Assembly: GCA_034437735.1 (NCBI GenBank)
Contig: DAOTTS010000093.1
Coordinates: 27,705 to 91,704 of the forward strand
Direction of reading: 5' to 3'
DNA length: 64,000 nucleotides
From: Anaerolineae bacterium
GTDB lineage: Bacteria; Chloroflexota; Anaerolineae; B4-G1; SLSP01
The translations under genes and the position numbers were made by a program. How positions within the stretch are numbered: position 1 is the first letter of the stretch; every line of letters begins with the position of its first letter. The notes under the pieces were generated by a model that saw only the letters and a program-made list of their open reading frames with translations, was not told where the DNA came from and made no database searches. Shown here piece by piece: positions 1 through 10,096 of the stretch.

Positions 1-447
1 CCACCTCGTGAACGGCCTTTTCCGGATCGTAACGCGCGTAGTCCCGCTTCAAAAGCCGCAACTGGTAATCCGGATACCATCCGGTTGCCCGCATCTTGTG
101 CCCAAAGATGTAATTATACCTTGGGATCCACCAGCCGGTCTCGGGCCGCTCGCTGATCACGCGGCGAACCTCCGTGCCTAAGGCAGGAGGCGTACGTTCA
201 TCCGCATCGACAAAGAGAATCCAGTCAGCCTCAACCGCATCGAGCGCTGCGTTACGCTGCTGAGCGAAATTCTCGAAAGGGTTTTGGATCACGTGTGCGC
301 CAGCCTCCCAGGCTAATTCGACGGTGGCATCTCGGCTGTAGGCATCGAAAACCACCACCTCATCCACCCAATCCAGGCTGGCAATACACGCCTGGATGTG
401 ATCCTCTTCGTTAAGCGCGATAATCACACCTTTAAGAGTAGGACCGG
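1..447 (-). CDS. Glycosyltransferase family 2 (partial; C-terminus off the window)
   Basis: Minus-strand translation from the GTG at 447 reads VTGPTLKGVIIALNEEDHIQACIASL...VVFDAYSRDAT, which fits an N-terminal GT2 Rossmann domain with acidic DxD-like motifs. The frame stays open to position 1. Confidence 0.55.
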
Positions 448-1368
448 TCACGATAACCTCCAAGCCTCGATGATTCCCTCATAGGCTTCCTTCCACGCCG
501 GTGACTGGGCTTTTGCAAGACGTGCCGCGAACACACGCCGCACGACCTGGCCTACAAGCCTTTGCTCCATTAGGCTACGATGCTTCGCATACAGTTTGGC
601 GCGGCTCTGCCAGAGGTATTGAGTCGTCTCGGGACGGGCCTGACGCGTACTGGCCCCACCGATATGGGTGACCTCCGCCTCTGGGACCAACCACACGTGC
701 CAACCAGCATCATGCATCCGCCACGCCCAATCGATCTCCTCACAATACATGAAAAACTGCGGATCTAACAATCCAACGTCCTGTATCGTCTGAGTCCGCA
801 CGAGCATAGCGGCGCCCAATGGATGGTCAATGGGAAAAGGATCGGGTTGCTCAAACCATTCACGGGGATAACGTCCGTTGAAGCGGGAATGGTAGAGACG
901 TTCAGGCATCAGATGCAGATCAAAAAGCGGCTGGATGACACCCGGGAAGCGAAACGCACAGGTCTGTAATGAGCCATCGGTATTGAGCAGCTTGGGGCCG
1001 ACCAACCCGGCTCCCGGGTGAGACGCCATAAAATCGACGAGACGATCGAGCGCATGACTATGTACAATGGTGTCCGGATTGAGCAGCCAGACATAAGTGG
1101 GAACGTCATCACTCCTTAAAAGCCGCCGGATGACCCGGTTGTTGCCCCCGACAAAACCTAGGTTTTCATCACTTTGAATCAGGTTGACCCACGGATGATC
1201 AGATCGGATCCTCTCAGGGGTTCCATCCCTCGACCCGTTGTCCAAAACCCAGACGGAAGCTGGTACGGGGGTCTCTGCCAATGCCGAACGCAGCGAAGCC
1301 AAACAATGACTCAGGGGTTCGGAGACGTTCCAGGAGACAATCACAATCGCCAGAGACTGCGGAGCCAT
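448..1368 (-). CDS. Glycosyltransferase family 2
   Basis: The ORF 448..1461 translates to LAIVIVSWNVSEPLSHCLASL...VWVLDNGSRDGT...NLGFVGGNN, a typical GT2 N-terminal fold. The likely start is the ATG at 1366-1368 (MAPQSLAIVIV); 1461 is the upper bound. This leaves a 5-nt gap to the stop of the upstream lipoprotein gene, consistent with an operon. Confidence 0.7.
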   Translation of the reverse strand: MAPQSLAIVIVSWNVSEPLSHCLASLRSALAETPVPASVWVLDNGSRDGTPERIRSDHPWVNLIQSDENLGFVGGNNRVIRRLLRSDDVPTYVWLLNPDTIVHSHALDRLVDFMASHPGAGLVGPKLLNTDGSLQTCAFRFPGVIQPLFDLHLMPERLYHSRFNGRYPREWFEQPDPFPIDHPLGAAMLVRTQTIQDVGLLDPQFFMYCEEIDWAWRMHDAGWHVWLVPEAEVTHIGGASTRQARPETTQYLWQSRAKLYAKHRSLMEQRLVGQVVRRVFAARLAKAQSPAWKEAYEGIIEAWRLS

Positions 1369-1373
1369 AGAGG

Positions 1374-2714
1374 TCAGGGCTCCCAGATGGTCACGAAATT
1401 CGGATCGACGCGATTGTTGACGGGCGCAATCTCCACATCCTCGTGGATAAGGCCCATCCAATAGTAAAGCGGGTTACGTACGGGAACCTCGACAACTTGC
1501 ACACATCCAGTCACGAGAGAGCGCCCCCGAGGCGGGAGGTACCAGTACCCATTGATTTCAACGAGATTGACGCCAGGCTGACCTATCCCCCAACGGAAGG
1601 GGTAATTGCGCAAACTGGTGTCGAAATCCATCGCAACCCGAAACACCCCGGATTCCTCAGACCAGCCCAGGGTGTTGAAGTTCTGATCGCTGCGATAGGT
1701 GGTGCCGGGCCAAGGGCCGGTGGTTCTGATATAGGCATCGCTATCGTTCTCCACGGTGAGCGTGTAACAGAGCGTATCAGATAATACCATCGTGGTGGTC
1801 GAATAATCGACGGCCCCATTGACAATATAGGCCCGAGGCAATCCGGCGTTTTCAATCGCCAGCGTCCGGGTTACGACAACGTGTTGCCCCATCGCATCCC
1901 GCGCTTCAGCGATGAGGTCGTAGATACCATCGGGAGGCGGTTCGCTGCCGGCGTCGATACTGCCGTCGTAATCATACGTATGCCATCCTTCGGCGTTAGG
2001 TTCGACAACCCGCCGATTGTCATCCTCCGAAATGTAATGGGGGACGCCATCCTCTCCCAAGAGGTAAACCTGTAACTCCTCGACATCCTTCTCCAGCACC
2101 AAATTGATCGTCACGCGATCGTTGATGCCATCCTGGTTGGGAGAAAACTGCTTGGGCGAGACGGTAAACCCACGAATCCCAGGAACTTGGGTATCCGCAT
2201 TCGCGATCGTCAACGTGCCCGTTACCGTCTTCGTCAGTCCCTCATCACTTACCGCATGAAGGCGCCAGGTATACGCGCCGTCAGGCAACATCTGTTTGAG
2301 CACGGTGTATGCATCCGCCCCCTTTTGTGAGGTGTTCCCATCCTCCTCAAAAGCATCGACCACGCCCCCAAAATAGACGGAGTAAAGATCCTCATTGATA
2401 CCCAAGCGGGTGGGGGGCCTAAAGGTATAGGTCGTGCCTGCTTCATCGATAAAATCGAGACTGACCCGTGCGTTTTCATTAAGGACAAAAGCAATCTTGG
2501 CCAAATCCGTCTCCCCATCCGCATTGGGCGTAATGAGGGTGGGGGAGACCGATACGTCATCCAACAACGGACGTTGGCCACAGGCAGTTATCCCAAGAAG
2601 AAACAAGAGGCAAAAAAAGAGTTTACTTACAAAGGGGAACTGTCGGATGATCTCCGAACGAGACGCTGACATCAATACGTGCCTCCTCAAGACAGCTTCT
2701 GGATTCAAAGACAT
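1374..2714 (-). CDS. Secreted lipoprotein with tandem FlgD-Ig-like domains
   Basis: It has a hydrophobic leader ending in the lipobox-like LLGITACGQ. The motifs ITPNADGETD and FSPNQDGINDRVTI match the FlgD_ig-type SPNxDGxND signature. Function is unknown. Confidence 0.55.
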   Translation of the reverse strand: MSLNPEAVLRRHVLMSASRSEIIRQFPFVSKLFFCLLFLLGITACGQRPLLDDVSVSPTLITPNADGETDLAKIAFVLNENARVSLDFIDEAGTTYTFRPPTRLGINEDLYSVYFGGVVDAFEEDGNTSQKGADAYTVLKQMLPDGAYTWRLHAVSDEGLTKTVTGTLTIANADTQVPGIRGFTVSPKQFSPNQDGINDRVTINLVLEKDVEELQVYLLGEDGVPHYISEDDNRRVVEPNAEGWHTYDYDGSIDAGSEPPPDGIYDLIAEARDAMGQHVVVTRTLAIENAGLPRAYIVNGAVDYSTTTMVLSDTLCYTLTVENDSDAYIRTTGPWPGTTYRSDQNFNTLGWSEESGVFRVAMDFDTSLRNYPFRWGIGQPGVNLVEINGYWYLPPRGRSLVTGCVQVVEVPVRNPLYYWMGLIHEDVEIAPVNNRVDPNFVTIWEP

Positions 2715-2776
2715 AGTTTTAGAGACATAATTTCACAAACATAACTTCAGAAACATAGTGGTATTTCATAGACGCA
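2707..2776. repeat. Array of five 14-nt direct repeats (consensus about AGARACATARTTTC)
   Basis: Units aaagacatagtttt / agagacataatttc / acaaacataacttc / agaaacatagtggt / atttcatagacgca sit at an exact 14-nt phase. The array lies in the AT-rich divergent intergenic region between the lipoprotein gene and the GH3 gene. Confidence 0.5.
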
Positions 2777-2933
2777 GAACGCTCCTCACATCGGGACGTT
2801 TTGGGCCTTGGTATCCAGGCAAGTGTACCAGACCTAAATGGGATGACAAATGTGACAGACTTTGCGATTGGCCGCTAGATTTGTCTAAGTGCGTTGAATA
2901 CGATAAAATAACAACAAGGAGGAGGTTCGTTCA

Positions 2934-5813
2934 ATGAGAATCCGTGCACTTTGCCACGGGATCTGTGTGCTCTTCCTATGCCTATTTGTATTCGTCCCCC
3001 AACTTAAGGCACAGGAGAGCCCACCGGATCCTGTGTTGGAACTTATGTCGCAGATGTCCCCGGAGGCGAAGGTCGGTCAGCTGGTGCTGATCTCCTTCCC
3101 CGGTACCGACGTGGGGGCCACGTCGGAGATCGGCAGCCTGATTCAGGAGTACAATATCGGTGGCGTCCTTCTAAAACCCGAAAATGGCAATTTCGGGGAA
3201 GGGCTCATTGCCTCCGTCGACGTCGTATCGATGACCTCTCAGCTTCAATCCATCCATGGGTTTGCCAAAGATCCCATAACCGCGACCTTGGACAATGAGA
3301 CCGCGGTCCCTTACAGGATATCCCATATCCCCTTGCTCATCGGCGTAGAGCCTACCAACTTCGGGACACCCCCTACCGCGTATATCTCGGGAACCTCGGC
3401 ACTCCCTACGCCACTGGCCATAGGAGCCACGTGGAAACCCGAACTCGCCACGTCGGTGGGAGCCGTGTTAGCCCAAGAACTCACAGCCCTCGGGTTTAAT
3501 CTATACCTGGGACCCGACCTCAACGTTCTTTATACTCCCCGCCCAGGCGACCCTGCGGATCTAGGGACCGCTGTATTCGGTGGGGACCCTTTCTGGGTGG
3601 GACAAATGGGGAGAGCGTACATCCAGGGACTTCACGAAGGTTCAGAGGGACGTCTACTTGTAGCACCGCGTCACCTTCCCGGGCTGGGAAGCGCAGATCG
3701 ACCTTTGAATGAAGAGGTTCCTACCGTTCAAAAACCCCTTGAGCAGCTCGAGCAGATTGAGTTGGCCCCCTTCTTCGCGGCTTCAAGCGCACTGCCGGGT
3801 GCAGACCAAGCTGCGGATGCCTTTGTGGTCACCCACATCCGATATCGAGGATTCCAGGGCAATATCCGGCAGACGACGAGACCGATCAGCCTCGACGCCC
3901 AAGCGCTGAAGCTGGTGACCAGTCTTGAGGAAGTGCAGCCGTGGCGGGAGTCCGGTGGGGTGCTGATTGCGGACAATCTGGGAATGGCTTCGGTTCACCG
4001 CTTTTATGATCCTACCGGCGTCTCGTTCAATGCTCGGCAGATCACTCAGGATGCCTTAAGTGCCGGAAACGACCTGCTGATTCTCGATCGTTTCGCGGTC
4101 GAACAGGAATGGGACCGTCACTTTGTCAACATCCGTGATACGTTGAGGTTCATGGCGTCACGATACAAGGATGATCCAGCCTTCCAGCGGGTGGTGGATA
4201 ACGCGGTCTACCGAATTCTGCAAATGAAGTTCCGTATGTATCCTACCGATTCTCTTGATACCCTTATTGCCTCCCCCGAGAAGGCGGCGGAGGCTCTGGG
4301 GCATGGAGAGCCTATCAATTCTCAAGTAGGATTGAATGCCCTCAACCTGATAAGCCCGCTGTCAGACGATCAACTCCCGCCATCCCCGCAAGCAGGTGAG
4401 TCGATTGTGATCTTCACCCAAGAGCAGAACGCCAAGATGTCACGGATCCAGGAATCTTCCTATGTATTTCTGGATCAGGACGCCATCGAACGGGTGCTGT
4501 TGCGCTTCTACGGACCGGAAGGCACCGACGTCTTAAGGCGCAACGCTATCCAATCCTTCAGCTTTGCCGATCTTCTCCTGGCTTTGGATCGAAGCCAAGG
4601 CGAACCTCAGCCCACCGTGACCCCGACGCCGATTGCAACACCGGAAGACGAAGAGGTCCAACCAACGCCGCTGTCAGCAATCGTCCTCAATGCATTGAAC
4701 GACGCGGACTGGATCATCTTTGCGCCCACCGGGCTTGATACCCAGAGAGAAAGCAGTTCATTCGCCCTCAAACGGTTCCTCGCCGAACAGGCAAACATCT
4801 TGGATGCCAAACTTGCGGTGTTGGCCTACGGGCCGCCTTACGAGCTTGATAGCACGGAGGTCAGCAAACTCGACGTCTATTATGGGCTTTTCTCAACGGG
4901 GAGCTCATTCGTCGACGCCGGAGCACGCGCGATTTTCCGCGACCTCGTCGCTCCGGGGGACTCTCCGGTCAGTATTCCCTCGCTCAACTATTTGATCTCA
5001 GATCAGACGATGCCGAATCCAGAGCAACTGGTTTCCTTCAGTTTGGTCAATGAGACAGGCGCCCCCCTTACCCCCACGGCTCAGACCAACATCCACATCG
5101 GTGACCTTATTCGATTGCGCACGGACCCTATTGTTGATCGAAATAGGCATCTCGTACCCGATGGTACGCCGGTGCAGTTCAGTCTGAGTTACCCGCAAGA
5201 GGGAATCGAGCGGGAGATTATCGCGCAGACGACCGAAGGCATTGCGGAAGCGAATGTCAATCTCGAACGCGTCGGACAGCTCAACATCACGGTCCAATCC
5301 GAGCCGGCCGTCTCCTCCATCAGGCTAGAGTTGATGATCCAAGATGACGGGGTCACGATCACTGAGATTGAGCCAACGTCAACGCCCACACCCACACCGA
5401 CGCCGACACCAACGGTCACCCCAAGTCCTACTCCCACGCCGGAGCCCACGCCGCCTGGGCCCCAGCAACTCCCAAACAAAGTCGCGATGCCCCAGCCCAG
5501 TCGGTGGCGGCTCTTTGGTTGGGGGGTAGGGGCTGTAGGATCGATGCTGACGCTCGGGTTTCTGTGGGCACGCCAACGTTCAGTGCGTTCGGAGTTAGCG
5601 CTGCGGTTGGGACTCCACGGGGCATTGGGCGGACTCTGTGGCTATATTATCATCTCTGCCGTAGCAAGATGGTGGATGCCCGCCGTGCGATACGGACTGG
5701 TTGAACACGAGTACGTTATGGGAGCGGCAGCGCTGGTCGTTGGCACGCTGACCATGTTCGTGTCCGCCATCGTGTTGACACACAACCAACAAGCAAACCC
5801 TCAGAAGTTCTAA
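2934..5813 (+). CDS. Glycoside hydrolase family 3 (NagZ or beta-glucosidase-like), membrane anchored
   Basis: It has an N-terminal signal peptide, an RBS (aggaggagg) 8 nt upstream, and GH3 motifs. The motifs are KVGQLVLISFPG, IGGVLL, LGFNLYLGPDLNV, RPGDP and RHLPGLGSADRP (KHFPGHG-like). The C-terminus carries a TPTPTPTPT linker and two predicted TM helices. Confidence 0.8.
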   Translation: MRIRALCHGICVLFLCLFVFVPQLKAQESPPDPVLELMSQMSPEAKVGQLVLISFPGTDVGATSEIGSLIQEYNIGGVLLKPENGNFGEGLIASVDVVSMTSQLQSIHGFAKDPITATLDNETAVPYRISHIPLLIGVEPTNFGTPPTAYISGTSALPTPLAIGATWKPELATSVGAVLAQELTALGFNLYLGPDLNVLYTPRPGDPADLGTAVFGGDPFWVGQMGRAYIQGLHEGSEGRLLVAPRHLPGLGSADRPLNEEVPTVQKPLEQLEQIELAPFFAASSALPGADQAADAFVVTHIRYRGFQGNIRQTTRPISLDAQALKLVTSLEEVQPWRESGGVLIADNLGMASVHRFYDPTGVSFNARQITQDALSAGNDLLILDRFAVEQEWDRHFVNIRDTLRFMASRYKDDPAFQRVVDNAVYRILQMKFRMYPTDSLDTLIASPEKAAEALGHGEPINSQVGLNALNLISPLSDDQLPPSPQAGESIVIFTQEQNAKMSRIQESSYVFLDQDAIERVLLRFYGPEGTDVLRRNAIQSFSFADLLLALDRSQGEPQPTVTPTPIATPEDEEVQPTPLSAIVLNALNDADWIIFAPTGLDTQRESSSFALKRFLAEQANILDAKLAVLAYGPPYELDSTEVSKLDVYYGLFSTGSSFVDAGARAIFRDLVAPGDSPVSIPSLNYLISDQTMPNPEQLVSFSLVNETGAPLTPTAQTNIHIGDLIRLRTDPIVDRNRHLVPDGTPVQFSLSYPQEGIEREIIAQTTEGIAEANVNLERVGQLNITVQSEPAVSSIRLELMIQDDGVTITEIEPTSTPTPTPTPTPTVTPSPTPTPEPTPPGPQQLPNKVAMPQPSRWRLFGWGVGAVGSMLTLGFLWARQRSVRSELALRLGLHGALGGLCGYIIISAVARWWMPAVRYGLVEHEYVMGAAALVVGTLTMFVSAIVLTHNQQANPQKF

Positions 5814-5825
5814 GGCTCAGGAGTC

Positions 5826-6806
5826 CTACGGCGTAATCAGCAGAGCCAATAACATCATCGCCGCAGTTGTAATCAACAAGGGGAGATTGCTACCCAGAGA
5901 TCTGCGCCATTCTTGCGACGTCAAAGCAATCGGCTGGATGGACGAGGGCAAGACCGACCGATGCAACTGAGATCGGACGGCTTCAACACTCGCCGGACGC
6001 TGGCGGGGATGCAGCGCAATAGCCGACAGAATCGCTTCCTCAACGCCGGGTGAGATATGCGCATTGATCGATCGGGGACGCACCAAGGCCTGGGGATTAA
6101 GAAACCGTTCTCTTGCAGTTGCAGGAGAACGTGCAGTTAGAAGATGATAGAACGTTGCGCCCAGCGCGTAGACGTCCGACCGTATGTCGGTATGAGCGTC
6201 ATCCCCCCCATATTGTTCGAGAGGCGTATAAGCTGCCGTGCCGTGGCCCTGAACAACAGTCACCGTTCGAGACTCATCACTGGTCATCAATTTCACAAGG
6301 CCGAAATCCACAAGCTTGATAAGCCCGGAAGGCATCAGCTTGATGTTGGAAGGTTTAATATCACGGTGCAGGATGGGGGGCTCCTGCTGGTGCATATAGG
6401 AGAGTGCGCTACAAAGCTGGTCAGCCCAATCCAGCACCTTGCTCTCTTTGAGGTACTGATCATCCTTACGGGATTCCTCGATAATCTCCCGCAGATTATG
6501 ACCGGGCACATAATCCATCACGAGATACTCCCGACCACGCTGAGAGAAATAATCCGACACCTTCGGTAGGTTAGGATGGTCGAGCCGGGCAAGGACTGAG
6601 GCCTCCTGTCGGAATTGGTCCTGAAGCTGATGAAGCAAATCGGGATCAAGATCTGGATCCGGCGCAATCTCCTTGATCGCACAGATACGCCCGGAGAGTA
6701 GGGTATCCTCGGCACGATAAACCGCACCCATGCCGCCCTGTCCGATGGGGCCTGCGATCATATACCTTTTCTTCAAGAGAGTTTGCGCTTCAAGCAGTTT
6801 GACCAT
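5826..6806 (-). CDS. Ser/Thr protein kinase (Hanks-type) with C-terminal TM anchor
   Basis: It has a glycine loop GPIGQGGMGAVYRA, a VAIK-like AIKEI, the catalytic loop HRDIKPSNIKL, a DFG motif and an APE-like motif. A C-terminal hydrophobic segment reads LLITTAAMMLLALLI. Confidence 0.85.
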   Translation of the reverse strand: MVKLLEAQTLLKKRYMIAGPIGQGGMGAVYRAEDTLLSGRICAIKEIAPDPDLDPDLLHQLQDQFRQEASVLARLDHPNLPKVSDYFSQRGREYLVMDYVPGHNLREIIEESRKDDQYLKESKVLDWADQLCSALSYMHQQEPPILHRDIKPSNIKLMPSGLIKLVDFGLVKLMTSDESRTVTVVQGHGTAAYTPLEQYGGDDAHTDIRSDVYALGATFYHLLTARSPATARERFLNPQALVRPRSINAHISPGVEEAILSAIALHPRQRPASVEAVRSQLHRSVLPSSIQPIALTSQEWRRSLGSNLPLLITTAAMMLLALLITP

Positions 6807-6824
6807 TGAGCGAATGGTAACGTG

Positions 6825-6852
6825 TTCACAGGTGTTGTCAAGATGCTATAAT
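6825..6852 (+). promoter_or_regulatory. Putative sigma70-type promoter (-35 TTCACA, 16 nt spacer, -10 TATAAT) for the FHA-wHTH gene
   Basis: TTCACA lies at 6825-6830 and TATAAT at 6847-6852. A perfect palindrome GGTTAA-CA-TTAACC sits at 6862-6875, just downstream, and may be an operator. Confidence 0.35.
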
Positions 6853-6923
6853 AAGAGCTGAGGTTAACATTAACCGCCGACAAACATAGTGGGCGGCTAA
6901 CCGAGAAAAAAGAGGAAGAATCA

Positions 6924-7628
6924 ATGACAGAGACAAATACAAACGATGCAGAGACTGCAACGCAAGATCCCAACCAGAGCGTTCCCATTCTCATCGCTTA
7001 CCAGGGTCTGTTGTCCGGCCGGCGCTGGAAGATCAAAGAGGATTCCTGCACGATGGGACGTGCCGATGATTGCGAGATCGTGATCCCCGATAGACAGATT
7101 TCTCGATATCACGCCCGCATCGAGCGCGATCCTGGCGGCTACGTCTTAAGGGATCTTGGGAGCAAAAATGGCACCTACGTCAATGGTGAATTGCTCCGAG
7201 GACAACCTTATCGCCTTCAAGATGGCGATGAAATTGAGTTGGCGACCGTGATCCAGCTGGGGTTTGTGTCCGGGGAAGCGACCTTGCCGCTGACCGGGGA
7301 TCTGGGACGTCCGGGAGGACTTCAACTCGATCAGGCAGCACGCCAGGTCTATCTAGGGCGCCAGATTCTAGATCCCCCTCTCTCTCCGCCACAGTTCCGG
7401 TTGCTCTCACTGCTTGTCGAAGCCGACGGTGACGTGGTAACACGGGAGCATTTGATTGATGAGGTCTGGCCCGATGCGGTCGGCGGTGTCACGGATCAGG
7501 CCGTCGACGCTTTGATCTATCGGCTTCGCGAACGATTGGCCGAACTCGATCCCGATCACACCTACGTGGTCACCGTCCGAGGGCATGGATTCCGGTATCA
7601 GCCTCGCCCCTTCTCGGATTTCGCATAG
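6924..7628 (+). CDS. FHA domain fused to an OmpR/PhoB-type winged-helix DNA-binding domain (one-component regulator)
   Basis: It has an RBS (aaaagaggaag). The FHA region reads GRADDCEIVIPDRQISRYHARIER...LGSKNGTYVNGE. The C-terminal region QFRLLSLLVEADGDVVTREHLIDEVWPD...VDALIYRLRERL...VRGHGFRY matches Trans_reg_C. Confidence 0.8.
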   Translation: MTETNTNDAETATQDPNQSVPILIAYQGLLSGRRWKIKEDSCTMGRADDCEIVIPDRQISRYHARIERDPGGYVLRDLGSKNGTYVNGELLRGQPYRLQDGDEIELATVIQLGFVSGEATLPLTGDLGRPGGLQLDQAARQVYLGRQILDPPLSPPQFRLLSLLVEADGDVVTREHLIDEVWPDAVGGVTDQAVDALIYRLRERLAELDPDHTYVVTVRGHGFRYQPRPFSDFA

Positions 7629-7674
7629 TCGTCGTGAATAATAACACGACGACCCTACTGATGCCGAGATAACT

Positions 7675-10035
7675 ATGAAACCGGACTTTTCAAAACATCT
7701 CCAACCCATAACGATGGTGGGAGGGCGCACGCAATCATTGGCCTTATTGGCGCTGAGTTTAGCTTTATTGACGATTCTGAGCAGTTGGCCCTTCATCGTC
7801 AACGCGTCTTTGCCGGCGGACAATGACGCTGAACTTCATATCTACCGCATCGCGGAAATCGGGTATAGCATTAATGCGGGTATCCTGTATCCAAGATGGG
7901 CGCCTGATTTCTATCATGGCTATGGTTATCCTATTTTCAACTACTATGCGCCCTTGACCTATCATCTAGGATACTGGCTTTCTCTGGGGAGGCCGCAGCT
8001 GGCGGTAGAAACCGCCAAGGTTTTGTTCATCGGTGCGCATATGTTGGGCATCCTGGGTGCTTATCAGTTGGGAAAAACCTTTGGGAGACGGGGTGGGGGA
8101 CTGCTGGGAGCGACGGCTTTTGCGTTCTCCCCCTATGTTCAATTTGTCAACCCTCACGTCCGTGGCGACCTCGCGGAGGTTGTTGCGCTGGGGATCCTGC
8201 CGTGGGTGTTATGGAGCTGGCACAGAGTATGGCAAGGCGCCGGTCTTAAGGTCGGAGTCCTGGCGATCTTATCGACGGCGGCAACGTTGCTGAGCCACAA
8301 TTTGACGGGATTGACGATGGTAGGTCTCATCGGTGGACTTTCGATATGGCACCTGATGATTCGCGGCCATCGCAACTCGTTCAGAAACGCATTACTGGTC
8401 GGCGTGACTTTTGTCCTGCTGACAGCCTTTTTCTGGTTGCCCTTCCTCTTAGAGCGACAGTATATCCAATTGGAGGACGTAACAGGCGAGGGACACTATG
8501 ACTACCGGCAGCATTTTGTCCCCTTGTCGGAACTCCTTAAACTGCTTCCCCAGCAGGACTATCGGGCAAGTGCGCCTATGGCACCCATGACCGTTGGCCC
8601 TCATATCCTGATCTTGGCCTTCATTGGATGCTTCGTTGTGCTTTCGACGCACTTCCGCACGCGCGGAGATTTACTCGATTTCATCCGTAGTGACCTTGTG
8701 TTCTTTGGCCTCGGAGCTCTTTTCAGTCTCTGGTTGACACATCGCACCAGTGCCTGGATATGGAGGCATATTCCGGGCTTTGTCTACTTCCAATTCCCCT
8801 GGCGCTTCCTGGGCCCTTTGGCTACGTTACTCGTTCCCTTGGTGGCTGGAGTGGGCGCCCTTCGAAACGGTCGACGTCGAACTTTGGTATTGGCGATAAG
8901 TATAAGTGTTCTCATTCTTTTGGGACTTTCCGGCCTCTACCCCCGATCGTGGCAATCAAGTTGGGGACCGATCGATCGTCTAGCGATTATCAAGGCAGAG
9001 ATGGCTGACCGGTGGCGCGGCACAACGTCGACCAACGATTTTGTACCCCGGAGCGTTCAGATGATCCCAGGCCCTGAAGACTCAGTCCTGGAATCTTATC
9101 GCAATCCTCCAATTGATCGGGTCAACCGACACACGCTTCCCGAGGAAACCAGCGTCCAAGTCATCCCCGATAAGCCACACGTCAACCGGCTGCGTGTGCG
9201 TGGAAACGAAGCCTTCACCTTACGGCTCTATCTCTTCGACTTCCCGGGTTGGACCGCCTATATAGATGGTCAGGAAGTTCCTACCGAGTTGGCAAATCCG
9301 GAGGGGTTTATCACCGTCGACGTACCGGCAGGTCAGCACGAGATCGCAGTCCGCTTTGAACCCACCCCGGCGCGTCGTACTGGATGGGCATTGACCGTCG
9401 CCGGGGCCATCCTCGGCCTGATTGGGATGCCTACGCTTTATCGCGCCGTTGATACCGACGATAAACTCAAGAAGACAAAAGATAGGGATCCTATCTTCAT
9501 TCCGATAGCTATCATCGGATTGTTCTTGCTGGCCAATGGCCTCGTTTTCGATCCCTATGGGTGGTTCCGCTATACCTCCGACTCAGGACAGGCTCGCCCA
9601 GCAGAGACAACTCAATATGCCGCATTTGGGAACAAGCCTGACGATGTCGAGATCCAATTATTGGGATACGATCTATCCCCCGAAGAGGTCAAACCCGATC
9701 GTACCCTGAACGTCACCCTCTATTGGATGGCAGCACGTCCCATGACCCAAACCTATCAATCCTTCGTACACATCATCGGGCCGGAGGGGGAACTCTGGGG
9801 ACAATCCGATCACCTGAATCCGGCCGGATATCCAACCGACCGTTGGTCTCTCGACCGATATATCCGAGACCGCCACCAGTTGACCCTGCAATCGGAAGCG
9901 CCTGAGGGTATCTATACACTCCACGCAGGACTTTATCTCCTTAAGGAAGACCGTCGGCTCACCATAGTTGACGCCTCTGAAGGAGATGCAGGCAATGCCG
10001 TCATCCTCTCGCAACGGCTCTCCGTAACACGCTGA
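7675..10035 (+). CDS. Polytopic membrane protein, putative GT-C fold glycosyltransferase (YfhO/PMT-like)
   Basis: It has at least 12 predicted TM helices, a long first extracytoplasmic loop with an acidic motif (ADNDAELH), and a C-terminal soluble domain. Family assignment is tentative. Confidence 0.45.
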   Translation: MKPDFSKHLQPITMVGGRTQSLALLALSLALLTILSSWPFIVNASLPADNDAELHIYRIAEIGYSINAGILYPRWAPDFYHGYGYPIFNYYAPLTYHLGYWLSLGRPQLAVETAKVLFIGAHMLGILGAYQLGKTFGRRGGGLLGATAFAFSPYVQFVNPHVRGDLAEVVALGILPWVLWSWHRVWQGAGLKVGVLAILSTAATLLSHNLTGLTMVGLIGGLSIWHLMIRGHRNSFRNALLVGVTFVLLTAFFWLPFLLERQYIQLEDVTGEGHYDYRQHFVPLSELLKLLPQQDYRASAPMAPMTVGPHILILAFIGCFVVLSTHFRTRGDLLDFIRSDLVFFGLGALFSLWLTHRTSAWIWRHIPGFVYFQFPWRFLGPLATLLVPLVAGVGALRNGRRRTLVLAISISVLILLGLSGLYPRSWQSSWGPIDRLAIIKAEMADRWRGTTSTNDFVPRSVQMIPGPEDSVLESYRNPPIDRVNRHTLPEETSVQVIPDKPHVNRLRVRGNEAFTLRLYLFDFPGWTAYIDGQEVPTELANPEGFITVDVPAGQHEIAVRFEPTPARRTGWALTVAGAILGLIGMPTLYRAVDTDDKLKKTKDRDPIFIPIAIIGLFLLANGLVFDPYGWFRYTSDSGQARPAETTQYAAFGNKPDDVEIQLLGYDLSPEEVKPDRTLNVTLYWMAARPMTQTYQSFVHIIGPEGELWGQSDHLNPAGYPTDRWSLDRYIRDRHQLTLQSEAPEGIYTLHAGLYLLKEDRRLTIVDASEGDAGNAVILSQRLSVTR

Positions 10036-10096
10036 CCCATCCAGGCGCCGGTCGCTGCCTGGGTAGGACAAGGAAGCTTCATCACCCATGACAAAA

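Noticed and set aside
5380-5460. Short tandem ACNCCN repeats (TPTPTPTPT) that might suggest a repeat array or CRISPR-like structure. Similar runs occur at 21100-21330 and 22560-22670.
   Set aside because: They are in-frame Pro/Thr-rich linker codons inside long ORFs (GH3 and the PA14 protein). There is no repeat-spacer architecture.
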